From: Bdellovibrionales bacterium
GTDB taxonomy: Bacteria > Bdellovibrionota > Bdellovibrionia > Bdellovibrionales > JAGQZY01
Length of the DNA: 64,000 bases
Direction of reading: 5' to 3'
NCBI GenBank assembly: GCA_964230645.1
Contig: CAXRHT010000002.1
Span: forward strand, 448,001-512,000
A program made the translations under genes and the position numbers. The notes below the pieces were generated by a model. That model searched no databases. It was given only the letters and a program-made list of their open reading frames with translations, and was not told the origin of the DNA. Below, in pieces: positions 30,819-41,059 of this stretch. The number at the start of each line of letters is the position of its first letter. The first letter of the stretch is position 1.

Positions 30819-31853
30819 ATGCTCAATTGGATGTTTTTCTGCTCATTTGTCATTTCCTTTGCGTTGACCATCGTCGGACTTCTTATGGATGTCACCTACC
30901 AGGTGCAAATGGCCCCTCGTGTGGAAAAGTTTCAGTCCTACCAACTTAAAAAACTTCCGGATTATCTACGCCTCAAAAAGAGGCTGGAGACTCATCCTAT
31001 ATTTAACCCGCAATTAGAGAGCGGAAAAAATTTCCAGACGCTGTGGCAAGAACTCACCCAGCGCCATGAGAATAAAAAGCTTTTAAGCCTCAAAGAAAAA
31101 AAAGTGATCATGGCCATGGGAGACGACTGGCTTGATCAAAAGCACAAAATTAAACTGCCACCGGTGGCTGTGGACTTGTTTGCCGAGATCTATGATTACA
31201 GCCACTGGGAAACCACAACCCCCATGGATGCCTGGGACGCCTCGGACCTTATAGTCAGTGGCCAACTTTACCTAGCCCACACCTTTCATTTTGAGCCTCT
31301 TAATATTCGGGAGTCACTAAAAAGGGTGCGTCACCTCGCCCTCATTCTACTTTCAATGGAAGATATGAATTTTAAGAGAGCCGGATTGTCGCTTCTTGAA
31401 AAAGAGCAGACCTTCACCACTGTGCTCGATAAAAAAATACTGGACTCTGAGCTTTTGTGGGCCCCAGTGAGTCTGGCCGAGTTGCGCGATTTTAGACATT
31501 ATATGAACCAAACCTCGGGGATGCTCAGCTACCTCTCCCCCCCCCAAGTCCTCGATAAAGTTTACTTAAAAGGATCACCCCCCACGGGATTTTGCTCAGT
31601 CATGCGAGAGAAAAATCGAATATTGAGCTGGTCGCGCTCCTTTCTTGATTCCAACTTTCCCTTTGAACCAAGCTTTCAAGAGAGAATTGATCTTATCGAC
31701 CAAATTAGACAACGGGGCCAAGAGGCGTGCCTCCCTCTGCCAAAACTGAAACCAGAGTCGAAAGGACGTTGGGTGACTCACATCCCTTACTACCGACGCC
31801 TCTACGCGATTAAAATGCTTTTGGATGCCAATAAAGTTTCGGAGCCACTATGA
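30819..31853 (+). CDS. hypothetical membrane-anchored protein
   Basis: 344-aa ORF with N-terminal TM; overlaps the next gene (ATGA). Confidence 0.65.
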   Translation: MLNWMFFCSFVISFALTIVGLLMDVTYQVQMAPRVEKFQSYQLKKLPDYLRLKKRLETHPIFNPQLESGKNFQTLWQELTQRHENKKLLSLKEKKVIMAMGDDWLDQKHKIKLPPVAVDLFAEIYDYSHWETTTPMDAWDASDLIVSGQLYLAHTFHFEPLNIRESLKRVRHLALILLSMEDMNFKRAGLSLLEKEQTFTTVLDKKILDSELLWAPVSLAELRDFRHYMNQTSGMLSYLSPPQVLDKVYLKGSPPTGFCSVMREKNRILSWSRSFLDSNFPFEPSFQERIDLIDQIRQRGQEACLPLPKLKPESKGRWVTHIPYYRRLYAIKMLLDANKVSEPL

Positions 31854-32956
31854 GATTTCTTCATATTTGTCTTTCTGAAAGCTGGGGCGGCCTCGAGATG
31901 GCCATCCTTAAATGGAATCAAATTCTCTCTGAAAAAGGACATAAAAACACGACGATCTGTACGCCTAACTCTCCCCTTGCCGAGGCTCTAAAAGAAGAAG
32001 CCTTTCCTGTGATTGAATGGGATTCTGCTCTTTATTTTGCGCCGGACTTTACTTGGAAGCTGCGTAAACTTGTAAAACAAAAAAAATACGATGTGGTCGT
32101 ATTACAGAATTTAAGGGATCTTTGGATCGTCTCCCCCGCCCTTTATAAAATTAAAAAAACGAAGCTGGTGGGTTTCTGTCAGATGCTTGTAAACGTAAAG
32201 AAAAAAGACCCTCTCCATCAATTGGTCTACCGAAGATTAGACCACTTGCTCACCCTCACGGATTGGCAGCAGGGCGCTTTATCTCCTTATCTTCCCGTTC
32301 GAGACGGTATTTTTGCAACGATTCCTAATTTTGTGGATACCCGTGTTTATCACCCTCACCATCGCAGTGAAAATTTTCGCTACAAATATGGCTTTTCCGA
32401 AGACGATTTTGTGATTGGAATTATCGGTCGGATTGACCAGCAAAAAGGACAATTGGAACTCCTTAAAGCTTTCGCGAAAATTTCTAAGACCTTTACCAAG
32501 GCGCAACTTCTCATTGCTGGTGAGCCTACTAAAGGGGAACCCCAACAGGAAAATTATTTTAGTCATATTAAAGCACAGGTCACCAAAAATGGTTTGGATA
32601 AAAAAGTTCATTTCATTGGTTTTCAAAAAGAAACCAATGTTTTAACAGCCAATCTCGACCTCTTTGTTTTAGCCTCTCATCAGGAAACCTTTGGGTATGT
32701 GGTTGTTGAAGCCATGGCCAGTGGTGTGCCTGTTCTTGGCACCAAGGCCGGAGGCGTTCCGGAAATACTTGAAAACGGAGATTGTGGTTTCTTGTGCCAG
32801 CCTAAAGACTGGGAGGATATGGCCAATCAATTGGAACAGATTCTCACCCAGTCTGAAGAGAGGGAAAAGAAAGCCCACAGGGGGCTTGAGCGAGCTCGCT
32901 CCTTTTACGATAGAGAAAAAGTCTATCAACGCTTTATTAAACTTATAAAAAAATAA
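31850..32956 (+). CDS. GT4 family glycosyltransferase
   Basis: GGLE, IGRIDQQKG, ETFGYVVVEAMASG. Confidence 0.92.
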   Translation: MRFLHICLSESWGGLEMAILKWNQILSEKGHKNTTICTPNSPLAEALKEEAFPVIEWDSALYFAPDFTWKLRKLVKQKKYDVVVLQNLRDLWIVSPALYKIKKTKLVGFCQMLVNVKKKDPLHQLVYRRLDHLLTLTDWQQGALSPYLPVRDGIFATIPNFVDTRVYHPHHRSENFRYKYGFSEDDFVIGIIGRIDQQKGQLELLKAFAKISKTFTKAQLLIAGEPTKGEPQQENYFSHIKAQVTKNGLDKKVHFIGFQKETNVLTANLDLFVLASHQETFGYVVVEAMASGVPVLGTKAGGVPEILENGDCGFLCQPKDWEDMANQLEQILTQSEEREKKAHRGLERARSFYDREKVYQRFIKLIKK

Positions 32957-32998
32957 GTTGTCAGTGAGTCAGCTTCTGATTTTTGCTACAATTTTATT

Positions 32999-34129
32999 AT
33001 GACAGAAAATACTCACATCTATCTTGTCCCCGGTTTTTTTGGTTTTGCAAGCCTTGGTTCTTACAATTACTTCTACCGGGTGAAAGACACCCTGGAGAGT
33101 TATTTTGAGAATAACTACGGTGTTATCCCCAAGATTGTTCACTGTCGCACCCAACCCACCTCTTCGTTAAAAAGGCGAGCCACCACAATACTTGATGAGA
33201 TCAAAGCGGCTGATGGTCTCCTTGCCGATCAAATTCACTTAGTGGGTCACTCCACCGGTGGGCTTGATATAAGACTTATTGCCACGCCCGATGTGCGCTT
33301 AAGAGAGGATCAATTAGAGAAAAAAGTGGGAGAAAAAGTTAGAAGTGTTACCACAATCTCGACTCCTCACTTCGGCACTCCACTAGCAAGTTTCTTTAAC
33401 ACTTTACAGGGAAGACATGTCTTACAACTTCTCACCGCCCTTGCCATTAATCGCGCCGGACGAGGAGCCATCTTTTTAACTTCAAAAAGTCTCTCACTGG
33501 CGGCCGAGCTTGATGACTGGATGGGAAGAAAAAATTCTTTTCTCGACACTCTCTCCCAACGTTTATTAAAAAATATCAGTTTAAAAAAAGACGACCCCAT
33601 TTGGGGGTTCTTAGAGGAAATTAAAAACGATCAAGGGGCGATCATTCAACTCACTCCCGAGGGCATGCACCTTTTTAATGCGGCTGTCTCCGATCGTCCT
33701 GAAGTGGACTACCGCTGTGTGATCACGGCTGTAAAAAAACCAAAACTTCGTGAACTCCCCTTTAAGTTCCGACGCCCCACCGCTGGTGCCACCGCTTCAC
33801 TTTTTTGGTTTCTTTATAATATGACAAAAAACGAACATCGCCACTACCCTTACCCAAGCCCAGCGGACTCTTATGTCGATAGCGGTGAGATGGATTGGCC
33901 CTATGTGCTTCGCCCCACTCTCAATGATGGTGTGTGCCCGGCACTAAGCCAAATTTATGGCGAAGTCATCGATGCGGTCGAAGCGGACCATATGGATATC
34001 GTAGGTCAGTTTCATGGCGCCGGTGACACGCCCTACGCCGACTGGCTCAGTTCTGGAGCCAACTTTAGCGAAACCGAATTTAAAAGAGTGTGGCAAAGTA
34101 TTGCAGAGAAAATTGCAGAATCGAATTAA
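32999..34129 (+). CDS. triacylglycerol lipase-like alpha/beta hydrolase
   Basis: VPGFFGF, GHSTGG, TPHFGTP, NDG, DHMD. Confidence 0.88.
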   Translation: MTENTHIYLVPGFFGFASLGSYNYFYRVKDTLESYFENNYGVIPKIVHCRTQPTSSLKRRATTILDEIKAADGLLADQIHLVGHSTGGLDIRLIATPDVRLREDQLEKKVGEKVRSVTTISTPHFGTPLASFFNTLQGRHVLQLLTALAINRAGRGAIFLTSKSLSLAAELDDWMGRKNSFLDTLSQRLLKNISLKKDDPIWGFLEEIKNDQGAIIQLTPEGMHLFNAAVSDRPEVDYRCVITAVKKPKLRELPFKFRRPTAGATASLFWFLYNMTKNEHRHYPYPSPADSYVDSGEMDWPYVLRPTLNDGVCPALSQIYGEVIDAVEADHMDIVGQFHGAGDTPYADWLSSGANFSETEFKRVWQSIAEKIAESN

Positions 34130-34230
34130 AACCACAACCATTCCTCTGAACTGGTTAGTGTCTCTTTTTGAGACGGGAATGTTTGTTTTTGTGGATTGGT
34201 GTTTCTCTGCAATTTTCTTATTATTTATCT

Positions 34231-34479
34231 ATGGTACGGAAATGCATACAAATAGCAATTTTACTTCTCGTCATCTCTCAAGTGGATCAATGGCTTTTTT
34301 CTAAAAGTGAATTGGCTCAAATTGTGTGGAAAGAAAAAATGCGCAAAGAAATGAGGTCTTCTCAAGACTATCCAAAAAGCCGAGACCTCGCCCAGTTCAA
34401 CGAAGATGAGAGCCTCAGTGAACTTGATCGGCAGATGACCGAAGAGATTAAAAAGGTGTTGCAAGAAAAGAGTCGTTAG
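34231..34479 (+). CDS. small hypothetical protein
   Basis: In-frame ATG within the 34168 ORF; hydrophobic N-terminus then charged helix; fills the gap between genes. Confidence 0.4.
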   Translation: MVRKCIQIAILLLVISQVDQWLFSKSELAQIVWKEKMRKEMRSSQDYPKSRDLAQFNEDESLSELDRQMTEEIKKVLQEKSR

Positions 34480-35468
34480 AGGCTCTCGTCTTTCATCACA
34501 CTGCCTTTTTCAATAAAGTCTAAGTTTTTATTTTCACTGTACTCAATCTTTTTCACATTGGGCGGCAAGGTGCTGACCATCGAAGAAAGCAAGCGAATAA
34601 AAGTTGATGAAATTCCAGATAGGTCAATCCCATGACCCTGATCTATAAGAGGAATAACAGGTTGTTCGACATGACGATAAGGCTCATAAGGGATGATTCC
34701 GTCATTAGGCCCCCAAGCCTTTAAAGCCTCGCGCCTCTTCCATTCCTGATAGCCAAGGCCGGAATCACACTTTAAACCTAAAAAGTGAACCGTCTTGACT
34801 CCCTTGGTGTTCAGCCTTGAGTTAAAATATCTTTGCTCGCTTGAAAAACTTCTCTGGGCGCCCGTCACATTGTAAAAAAGAGACTTTTTATCGGAGCAAT
34901 GAAAAAGAGGAGACCCAAAAATAAGACCTGAAACATTGGCCCATCCTTTAATGGTGCTCGCCTCTTCTTTTGTCATATTATCAAGCATCACGCGCACAAA
35001 AGCGGAGCCAAAGGAATAAGAAACAATAATACATTTTCTTTGTTTTTTTCTTTTCTCTTCAATGAGTTTGTAAAGACGTTTGGCCCCTAATAAAACCCGG
35101 TCAGTGTGAAGTTGAGCCGGGGTGACATAGGCAAATTGCCCGCTCATACAAAGCCCCATGCTCTGCCTTAAAAAACGTCGCACTGAGGATTTGGCAATGG
35201 TCTTTTCAGGAGGGGTTACAATGAAAACATCCACCTCTCGGTTGAGAGGATTGCTCTCTTGGCGATGAAGCTCGATCTCTCGGCGCAGTCTTTTATAGCG
35301 GTTGTGATGGGTGAAGTAGAGTTGAGCGTAATGAGTGGCGGCTTGTAAGCCCAAGCGGTTCTTACAGTCGATAAAGTTTTGTTGTGGATCAATTTTAAAA
35401 GACTTAAGAGCGGAGTAATAGCTCTCGGAATCGTTTAAGCTTCTGTCTCGGAAAAAACGTTCAAACAT
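34476..35468 (-). CDS. divergent lipase-like alpha/beta hydrolase fold protein
   Basis: SYSFG elbow, GSPL, NDGII, H in 'GHG'. Confidence 0.6.
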   Translation of the reverse strand: MFERFFRDRSLNDSESYYSALKSFKIDPQQNFIDCKNRLGLQAATHYAQLYFTHHNRYKRLRREIELHRQESNPLNREVDVFIVTPPEKTIAKSSVRRFLRQSMGLCMSGQFAYVTPAQLHTDRVLLGAKRLYKLIEEKRKKQRKCIIVSYSFGSAFVRVMLDNMTKEEASTIKGWANVSGLIFGSPLFHCSDKKSLFYNVTGAQRSFSSEQRYFNSRLNTKGVKTVHFLGLKCDSGLGYQEWKRREALKAWGPNDGIIPYEPYRHVEQPVIPLIDQGHGIDLSGISSTFIRLLSSMVSTLPPNVKKIEYSENKNLDFIEKGSVMKDESL

Positions 35469-35557
35469 TGATAGACCCCTCTTTCAAGAGACATCATATC
35501 GATAAGAGCCGCTATTCCCTAAGGATTCAGCGGCCCTTCTGGACCTTTGTCCTGCTA

Positions 35558-36133
35558 TCAGCTCTTAGAGGCTGATTTTTTCATTTTCTGGTCTCTTTTA
35601 TACTGCAGCGCTTTCAATTTCGCCTCGCAAATATCCAGCTTTTCCTGGTATTCGTCCTCTCTTTTTTGAAGGACACGCTTGTAGTTTTTAAAACGCTTAA
35701 TGCGGTCCTTAAGAAACTCCTGGTTCACTCCCACTAGTTTTTCTTTTTCATAACCGATTTCAAAATCGTCTTCTTTATCAGTGACCCGGTCGATGGGTTC
35801 CGTCCACATCAATTTGCCCGTTCCACCGTATTTAGGATGAATCACTTCAGCACGACATCTTTTTAAAACTCCATAAAGACCTTGGGAACCATATTTTCTG
35901 GAACCATAAACACGGTCCTCAAGACTGTAGACATTGATATGAAGACGTCTCAACTCCTCGGCCATATCGACTTTCTGTTGAAAAACCATATCTCCGTCTT
36001 TAACGCCAATGGTTTGCTCATCGTTGAGACTTTTCGCTTTTTCCATTGTGGTATCAATTTCTTTGGCCTCGTGGGGGTTACTGGCACAATGGCACAGGAA
36101 TAAGGCTAGTAAAGATAAGACTAGGACTTTCAT
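35558..36133 (-). CDS. hypothetical lipoprotein
   Basis: ATG 36133 after GAGGAG; signal ending CHC; coiled-coil C-terminus. Confidence 0.7.
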   Translation of the reverse strand: MKVLVLSLLALFLCHCASNPHEAKEIDTTMEKAKSLNDEQTIGVKDGDMVFQQKVDMAEELRRLHINVYSLEDRVYGSRKYGSQGLYGVLKRCRAEVIHPKYGGTGKLMWTEPIDRVTDKEDDFEIGYEKEKLVGVNQEFLKDRIKRFKNYKRVLQKREDEYQEKLDICEAKLKALQYKRDQKMKKSASKS

Positions 36134-36379
36134 AAAGCTTCTCCTCAAAAAGGGTTCAGGGTATATCCTAATCACGATTATAGGCCCTGAACAAGCCTAA
36201 TATCCTCAAAGACCGAGTCAATGGCAGGAGGACACCACCCATTGGTCAGACGAAAAAGTAGACAGATTATTGACAAATAAACCAACAGTTTTCTCAAAAT
36301 GACACGCGTAATTTAGCGCAGAGCTGGCAGGCCTCTTGCACCCTTAATAGGCATAACGAATAACAAGAAGGGGGACTGG

Positions 36380-36706
36380 ATGTCTTCAACAATGAAAAAA
36401 GTATTACTCTTTATCACAATCATCGGATTAAGCAGTGTCGCCCAAACACGAGACAGCGGTGAGGCCTTTTTAATGCTAAGGCAAGCCATGATGGATTCCA
36501 ACAAAGACTACAACCAGCATAAGAAAAAAGCCAATCACGAGGAGTTTGACCGTGTTGAAAAATGGGGCCGCCGTAACAGCGCGACCATCGTCATCAACGG
36601 TGAAGCCGCAACAAGCTCTGAACTTGACGAGTTCAAACAGCCTCAAGAGGCGCCCGCTGATCGCGAAGTTTCTTCCAATCTGGATGAGAAAAATCAAGAT
36701 CTTTAA
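36380..36706 (+). CDS. small secreted hypothetical protein
   Basis: AAGGGGG RBS; signal peptide (SSVA-Q). Confidence 0.6.
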   Translation: MSSTMKKVLLFITIIGLSSVAQTRDSGEAFLMLRQAMMDSNKDYNQHKKKANHEEFDRVEKWGRRNSATIVINGEAATSSELDEFKQPQEAPADREVSSNLDEKNQDL

Positions 36707-36788
36707 GACAACTGAGACTTAAAAGTCACGATCTTCTCAGTTTGGGACCTATCTTGTCTAAACCGAAAAGATTAAAGAAAATAGGAGA

Positions 36789-37532
36789 ATGAGGTTTATC
36801 ATTCTCCTTTTTTTATTGTCTTTTCTCGCCACCCCCACACAGGCCTATGATTTCAATCAAGCCATTCGCGAGAAGCAGCAGGCCAAAGACGCAAGGCGAT
36901 GGAGCCTGAGTCAGTGGATGGAACAAAAAAGTAAAATCAAATTAATGGACACTTGGTTGGCTTACAACAAACCCAGTCCCTACGAATTCTTTTTCAGTGT
37001 CGACACCTCCAATGTGGAGCAAGAAAATCAAGTGGGAAACAATCCCCCCTCCCCCTCTCAAACCTTTAGAAACTATAGAGGCTCTCTAGCGGCCTTTGTC
37101 ACCATGGTGGGTCTTTACGGCGAGTATGAACAAAGCGACGAGGAGCTCACGCAGTGGAAAGCTCTTTTTATGTTTCGTCTGCTGGGCTATTCGGATCAAT
37201 CCACCAACCTCACACTTCACTACGGCCTTATGAATCAAGATTTCAATGAAGATCCCGTGCAGTTTCAAGTCGGCGGGGGACGCCTTAACTTCTATTTAAT
37301 CAAGGCTTTTGCTCTGACAGGACTTTACGAGCATATTTTTGAAGCCACCTCTGAAAATCAAGAGCTCACCCAGCAGGGGCACCGCTGGGAAGCAGGCGCC
37401 TTCATAGAATATGGGGCGCTTAGGATCTATGGCTCTTTTTACCAGGAAAAGATGGATATCGTGACCCCCTTGATGATCGAATCCACGCGCACGCGTCAGG
37501 GTGTGCTCTACGGTCTGCGCTTTTACTTCTAA
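36789..37532 (+). CDS. putative outer-membrane beta-barrel protein
   Basis: Signal peptide, amphipathic strands, terminal GLRFYF; AGGAG RBS. Confidence 0.7.
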   Translation: MRFIILLFLLSFLATPTQAYDFNQAIREKQQAKDARRWSLSQWMEQKSKIKLMDTWLAYNKPSPYEFFFSVDTSNVEQENQVGNNPPSPSQTFRNYRGSLAAFVTMVGLYGEYEQSDEELTQWKALFMFRLLGYSDQSTNLTLHYGLMNQDFNEDPVQFQVGGGRLNFYLIKAFALTGLYEHIFEATSENQELTQQGHRWEAGAFIEYGALRIYGSFYQEKMDIVTPLMIESTRTRQGVLYGLRFYF

Positions 37533-37643
37533 ACCCTATAAAAATACGTTTGTTTGTCCTTTATTCGATATGGACACTGCGGTCGAGCCTATGTCACAAT
37601 GGGGGCGAAACTTTATTGTCTTTGCAATCAAGAGGAGAACAAA

Positions 37644-39296
37644 ATGGCCAAGTGGCACAGTCATTATCCCAAAGGAATCCCCGAAAACATTCCAAGCCCT
37701 GAAAATCAGTCCATCGCAGAATTGATTGAAGCGAATGTAAAAAAATACAAAGACAAACCCGCTTTTACCAACATGGGTGTTTCAAAAACTTATCAGGAAA
37801 TCGATCGTCTTTCCGATTATTTCGCCAACTATCTGAGGGAAAAGTGTGGCCTAAAAAAAGGCGACCGCATAGCGATCCAAATGCCCAACGTGCTGCAATT
37901 TCCAGTGGTCATGTTTGGAGCCATTAAAGCAGGGGTCGTGGTGGTGAACACAAACCCCCTTTATACTGAGCGCGAGATGCTTCATCAATTTAAAGACTCC
38001 GAAGCAAAAGCCATTGTCATTCTTGCCAACTTCGCAAGTCACTTAGAAAAAATCATTGATCAAACCAAGATAGAACATGTGATCGTTACAGAAATTGGTG
38101 ACCTTTTCCCTGGGGTAAAGAAATTTCTTGTGAATAACGTGGTCAAATACGTCAAAAGAATGGTTCCCTCTTATAATATTCCTCAGGCTAAATCTCTTCT
38201 CGATTGCCTTGAGGAGGGAAAACAGTTTGATTTCAAAAAAGTACCCACCGATCTCGAAGATCTCGCCTTTTTACAATACACAGGTGGAACAACTGGTGTT
38301 TCCAAAGGAGCCATGCTTACTAACGCTAATATTCTTGCTAATATGAACCAAATTTTTGCTTGGATGTCGCCGAAGTTTGTCGAGGGCAAAGAAGTTATTA
38401 TCACACCACTTCCCCTTTATCACATCTTTTCACTAACAGTGAACTGCTTGGCTTTAATGTGTTACGGCGCGGAGAATGTGTTGATCACAAACCCACGGGA
38501 CATCCCTGATTTTATCAAAACCCTCAAAAAGCACCCTTTCACCGTCATGTCGGGAGTGAACACACTTTTTAATGCTCTTTTAAATAACAAAGATTTTGCA
38601 AGCGTCGATTTTTCTCAATTGAAATTAAGTGTGGCAGGCGCCATGGCCCTACAAGACAATGTCGCTAAAAAGTGGGAAGAGGTCACCGGCACAAAGGTCA
38701 TTGAAGGTTATGGTCTAACCGAAGCCTCCCCTGTCGTATGCTGTAACCCTGTTGATGGAACTGAACAAAGAGGTACGATTGGTCTTCCTTTACCCAGTAC
38801 CGAGATAAAACTCGTCGATGAAGAAGGAAAAGAAGTGGCGGAAGGCGAAGCCGGAGAGCTCTGCTGTAAAGGTCCTCAAGTGATGAAAGGTTATTGGAAT
38901 AAACCGGAAGAATCATCAGGAAGCCTTAAAGAGGAATGGCTTCACACCGGAGACATGGCGATGATGCAACCCGATGGCTTCTTTAAAATTGTGGATCGCA
39001 AAAAAGATATGATTCTTGTCTCGGGATTTAATGTCTACCCTAATGAAATTGAAGATGTGATAGCCAATCACCCGGCCGTCAACGAGGTGGCAGCCGTTGG
39101 TGTCCCTTGTGATAAGTCCGGAGAGGCTGTTAAAATTTTCGTGGTCAAAAAAGGCAATGTCACAGGCGAAGAGCTTAGAGCCTATGCCAAGAAAAATCTC
39201 ACGGCCTATAAAGTTCCGCGCTATGTGGAGTTCAGAGATGACCTCCCAAAAAGTAACGTCGGAAAAATTCTTCGACGTGAGTTGAGAGACAGTTAA
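37644..39296 (+). CDS. fadD: long-chain fatty acid-CoA ligase
   Basis: YTGGTTGVSKG, EGYGLTE, DRKKDMILVSGFNVYPNEIE; ATG 37644 after GAGGAG. Confidence 0.95.
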   Translation: MAKWHSHYPKGIPENIPSPENQSIAELIEANVKKYKDKPAFTNMGVSKTYQEIDRLSDYFANYLREKCGLKKGDRIAIQMPNVLQFPVVMFGAIKAGVVVVNTNPLYTEREMLHQFKDSEAKAIVILANFASHLEKIIDQTKIEHVIVTEIGDLFPGVKKFLVNNVVKYVKRMVPSYNIPQAKSLLDCLEEGKQFDFKKVPTDLEDLAFLQYTGGTTGVSKGAMLTNANILANMNQIFAWMSPKFVEGKEVIITPLPLYHIFSLTVNCLALMCYGAENVLITNPRDIPDFIKTLKKHPFTVMSGVNTLFNALLNNKDFASVDFSQLKLSVAGAMALQDNVAKKWEEVTGTKVIEGYGLTEASPVVCCNPVDGTEQRGTIGLPLPSTEIKLVDEEGKEVAEGEAGELCCKGPQVMKGYWNKPEESSGSLKEEWLHTGDMAMMQPDGFFKIVDRKKDMILVSGFNVYPNEIEDVIANHPAVNEVAAVGVPCDKSGEAVKIFVVKKGNVTGEELRAYAKKNLTAYKVPRYVEFRDDLPKSNVGKILRRELRDS

Positions 39297-39313
39297 TATT
39301 CTCGCCGTACTAT

Positions 39314-39508
39314 TGTCATTCTGAGCGTAGCATTGTCATTCTGAGCGCAGCGAAGAATCTGTCGCCACTGAGTTCACATTATCACCTGAAGTACTCGGTA
39401 AAGATTCTTCGCTGCGCTCAGAATGACAGTGTTGCCCTCAGAATGACAGTGTTGCGCTCAGAATGACAGTGTTGCCGTCAGAATGACAATGCCGACCTCA
39501 GAATGACA
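39314..39508. repeat. REP-like locus C
   Basis: Perfect 27-bp inverted repeat 39334-39360 / 39402-39428; one left 20-bp unit (39314) and four right 20-bp units ending 39448, 39468, 39488 and 39508. Confidence 0.95.
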
Positions 39509-39637
39509 AATGCTACAATCCGGAGTCTGCGTACATTCATAGCTTTTATCAATAGAAAAGAGCGTTTTTTTAAATTATTGATTATATCTAATTTTTGATA
39601 CTGATTTCCTTGCCTCAAACAATGAAAGGAAATCAAA

Positions 39638-40213
39638 ATGTTAAAAATAATTAAACTCACCGGTCTGTGTATTCTCTTTAGTCAAAATCTCTGGGCGCAA
39701 AACTTCCAACCCGCTCGTTGCGAGACCAATAACTTTGGTCAGATTTTTGACTTCTTAACCCTTACTCCCACTGATAATGGACTTGATATATTGATCGAAT
39801 ATAAAAACCCGATGACACCCACCCTTTTCCCAAAGAATCTTGAGCATATCGCTAGTAGTCTGAGTCTACATCCTGAGGAGGTCGATTCTGTAAAACTCAC
39901 GTTTGGTAAGGATCAATGTTGGCAACACAACGAAAAAAATTGGATTTTCCAATGCATCTCTGACCCTCATCCTCTTCCAAAAGGCCACAAGATTTTAGCT
40001 GAGGTTACCACAACAGATGGTCTCACCCACAAGATCCAGGTCGCCACTCGATTGAGTATTACCGGACTACAAACTATTAGTTCCATGGGACCCGGCTCCA
40101 TTCGGCCTCAGTTTCAGATGAATATCACCAAACCTCACCCCACACATATTGGGTCCATTGTGCTGGCCCACGATCAACACGAAAACCATTTTGGATACTG
40201 CCGGAACGACTAA
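39638..40213 (+). CDS. secreted hypothetical protein
   Basis: AAGGA RBS, signal peptide (NLWA-Q), Cys pairs. Confidence 0.6.
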   Translation: MLKIIKLTGLCILFSQNLWAQNFQPARCETNNFGQIFDFLTLTPTDNGLDILIEYKNPMTPTLFPKNLEHIASSLSLHPEEVDSVKLTFGKDQCWQHNEKNWIFQCISDPHPLPKGHKILAEVTTTDGLTHKIQVATRLSITGLQTISSMGPGSIRPQFQMNITKPHPTHIGSIVLAHDQHENHFGYCRND

Positions 40214-40346
40214 AAGCTATATTTTTTAAGTACCTACAAGGTATTCTTTCTGAGAATATACTTATATCTATTTAAAATTTGATTTCTCTCCCGCTTGGGT
40301 GCAGTTTAAGCATCGAAAACTTAAACCACTCCAAAGGGGGAGAATC

Positions 40347-40982
40347 ATGAAAAATCTATTAATCTTAACACTAGCGACGTTGGTGACGAGCCTTAGCACT
40401 CAAGCGGCATCAGAAAAACATTTGGAACAAAAACAGAGCACTTTCAATCAAGGTGAGATCTCTGTGCACTACACCGAAGAGTTTAAAACTTTTAAGACAA
40501 GCACTCTCAACACACGTCACACTGTTTTTGTCGACAAGATTGTTTTTTCAGGAGAAGCCGGTCAAATTTTAGCGCAAAGAATTGCAGAAGTGGGTCAAAC
40601 AAAAGGACAAACAGCCGACCTAAAACTCGATGACTTAAATTTTGGAGCCATTGGCGAAAGTGTCAGCTTTGAGTGCGACCTCACAGAGAACTTATGTGTA
40701 ATGAGCTATATTGCTTCCCAAGGAGCCACTTCTGGTCTTGGCAGTACCGACTATAGTAACCACTTCGAAAAGTCGATTGCTGAAGTCATGGCTAACCCTT
40801 ATCCAGAAAACTTTGTTCTCAGCTCTCGCTCGAACACTTTCGATCCCAGACGTCCACTGATCTTTTTTGATCGTGATGAAGTCGCTAGAGTTTTTGAACC
40901 CACTGGCCTTTGCGAATTTGAAGTGATCCCCGGAAGCATCTATGGCCCCGGTGGTGTAAACTGCGCAATGTTTTTAAACTAG
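40347..40982 (+). CDS. secreted hypothetical protein
   Basis: ATG 40347 after GGGGAG; signal peptide (TQA-A). Confidence 0.62.
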   Translation: MKNLLILTLATLVTSLSTQAASEKHLEQKQSTFNQGEISVHYTEEFKTFKTSTLNTRHTVFVDKIVFSGEAGQILAQRIAEVGQTKGQTADLKLDDLNFGAIGESVSFECDLTENLCVMSYIASQGATSGLGSTDYSNHFEKSIAEVMANPYPENFVLSSRSNTFDPRRPLIFFDRDEVARVFEPTGLCEFEVIPGSIYGPGGVNCAMFLN

Positions 40983-41001
40983 TTTTTTTATTGAAAAAAA
41001 T

Positions 41002-41035
41002 AAAAAAGGCTCCTTTTATAAGGAGCCTTTTTTTT
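41002..41035. terminator. bidirectional intrinsic terminator
   Basis: A6-GGCTCCTT-ttat-AAGGAGCC-T8 between convergent genes. Confidence 0.85.
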
Positions 41036-41059
41036 GCTTATGACAATTTCTTTTTAAAG

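Noticed and set aside
39429..39508. CRISPR-like array (repeat plus short variable part), also at loci A, B and D
   Set aside because: Period only 20-26 bp, linkers related to each other rather than unique, arrays point in opposite directions around a palindrome, and no cas genes are present.
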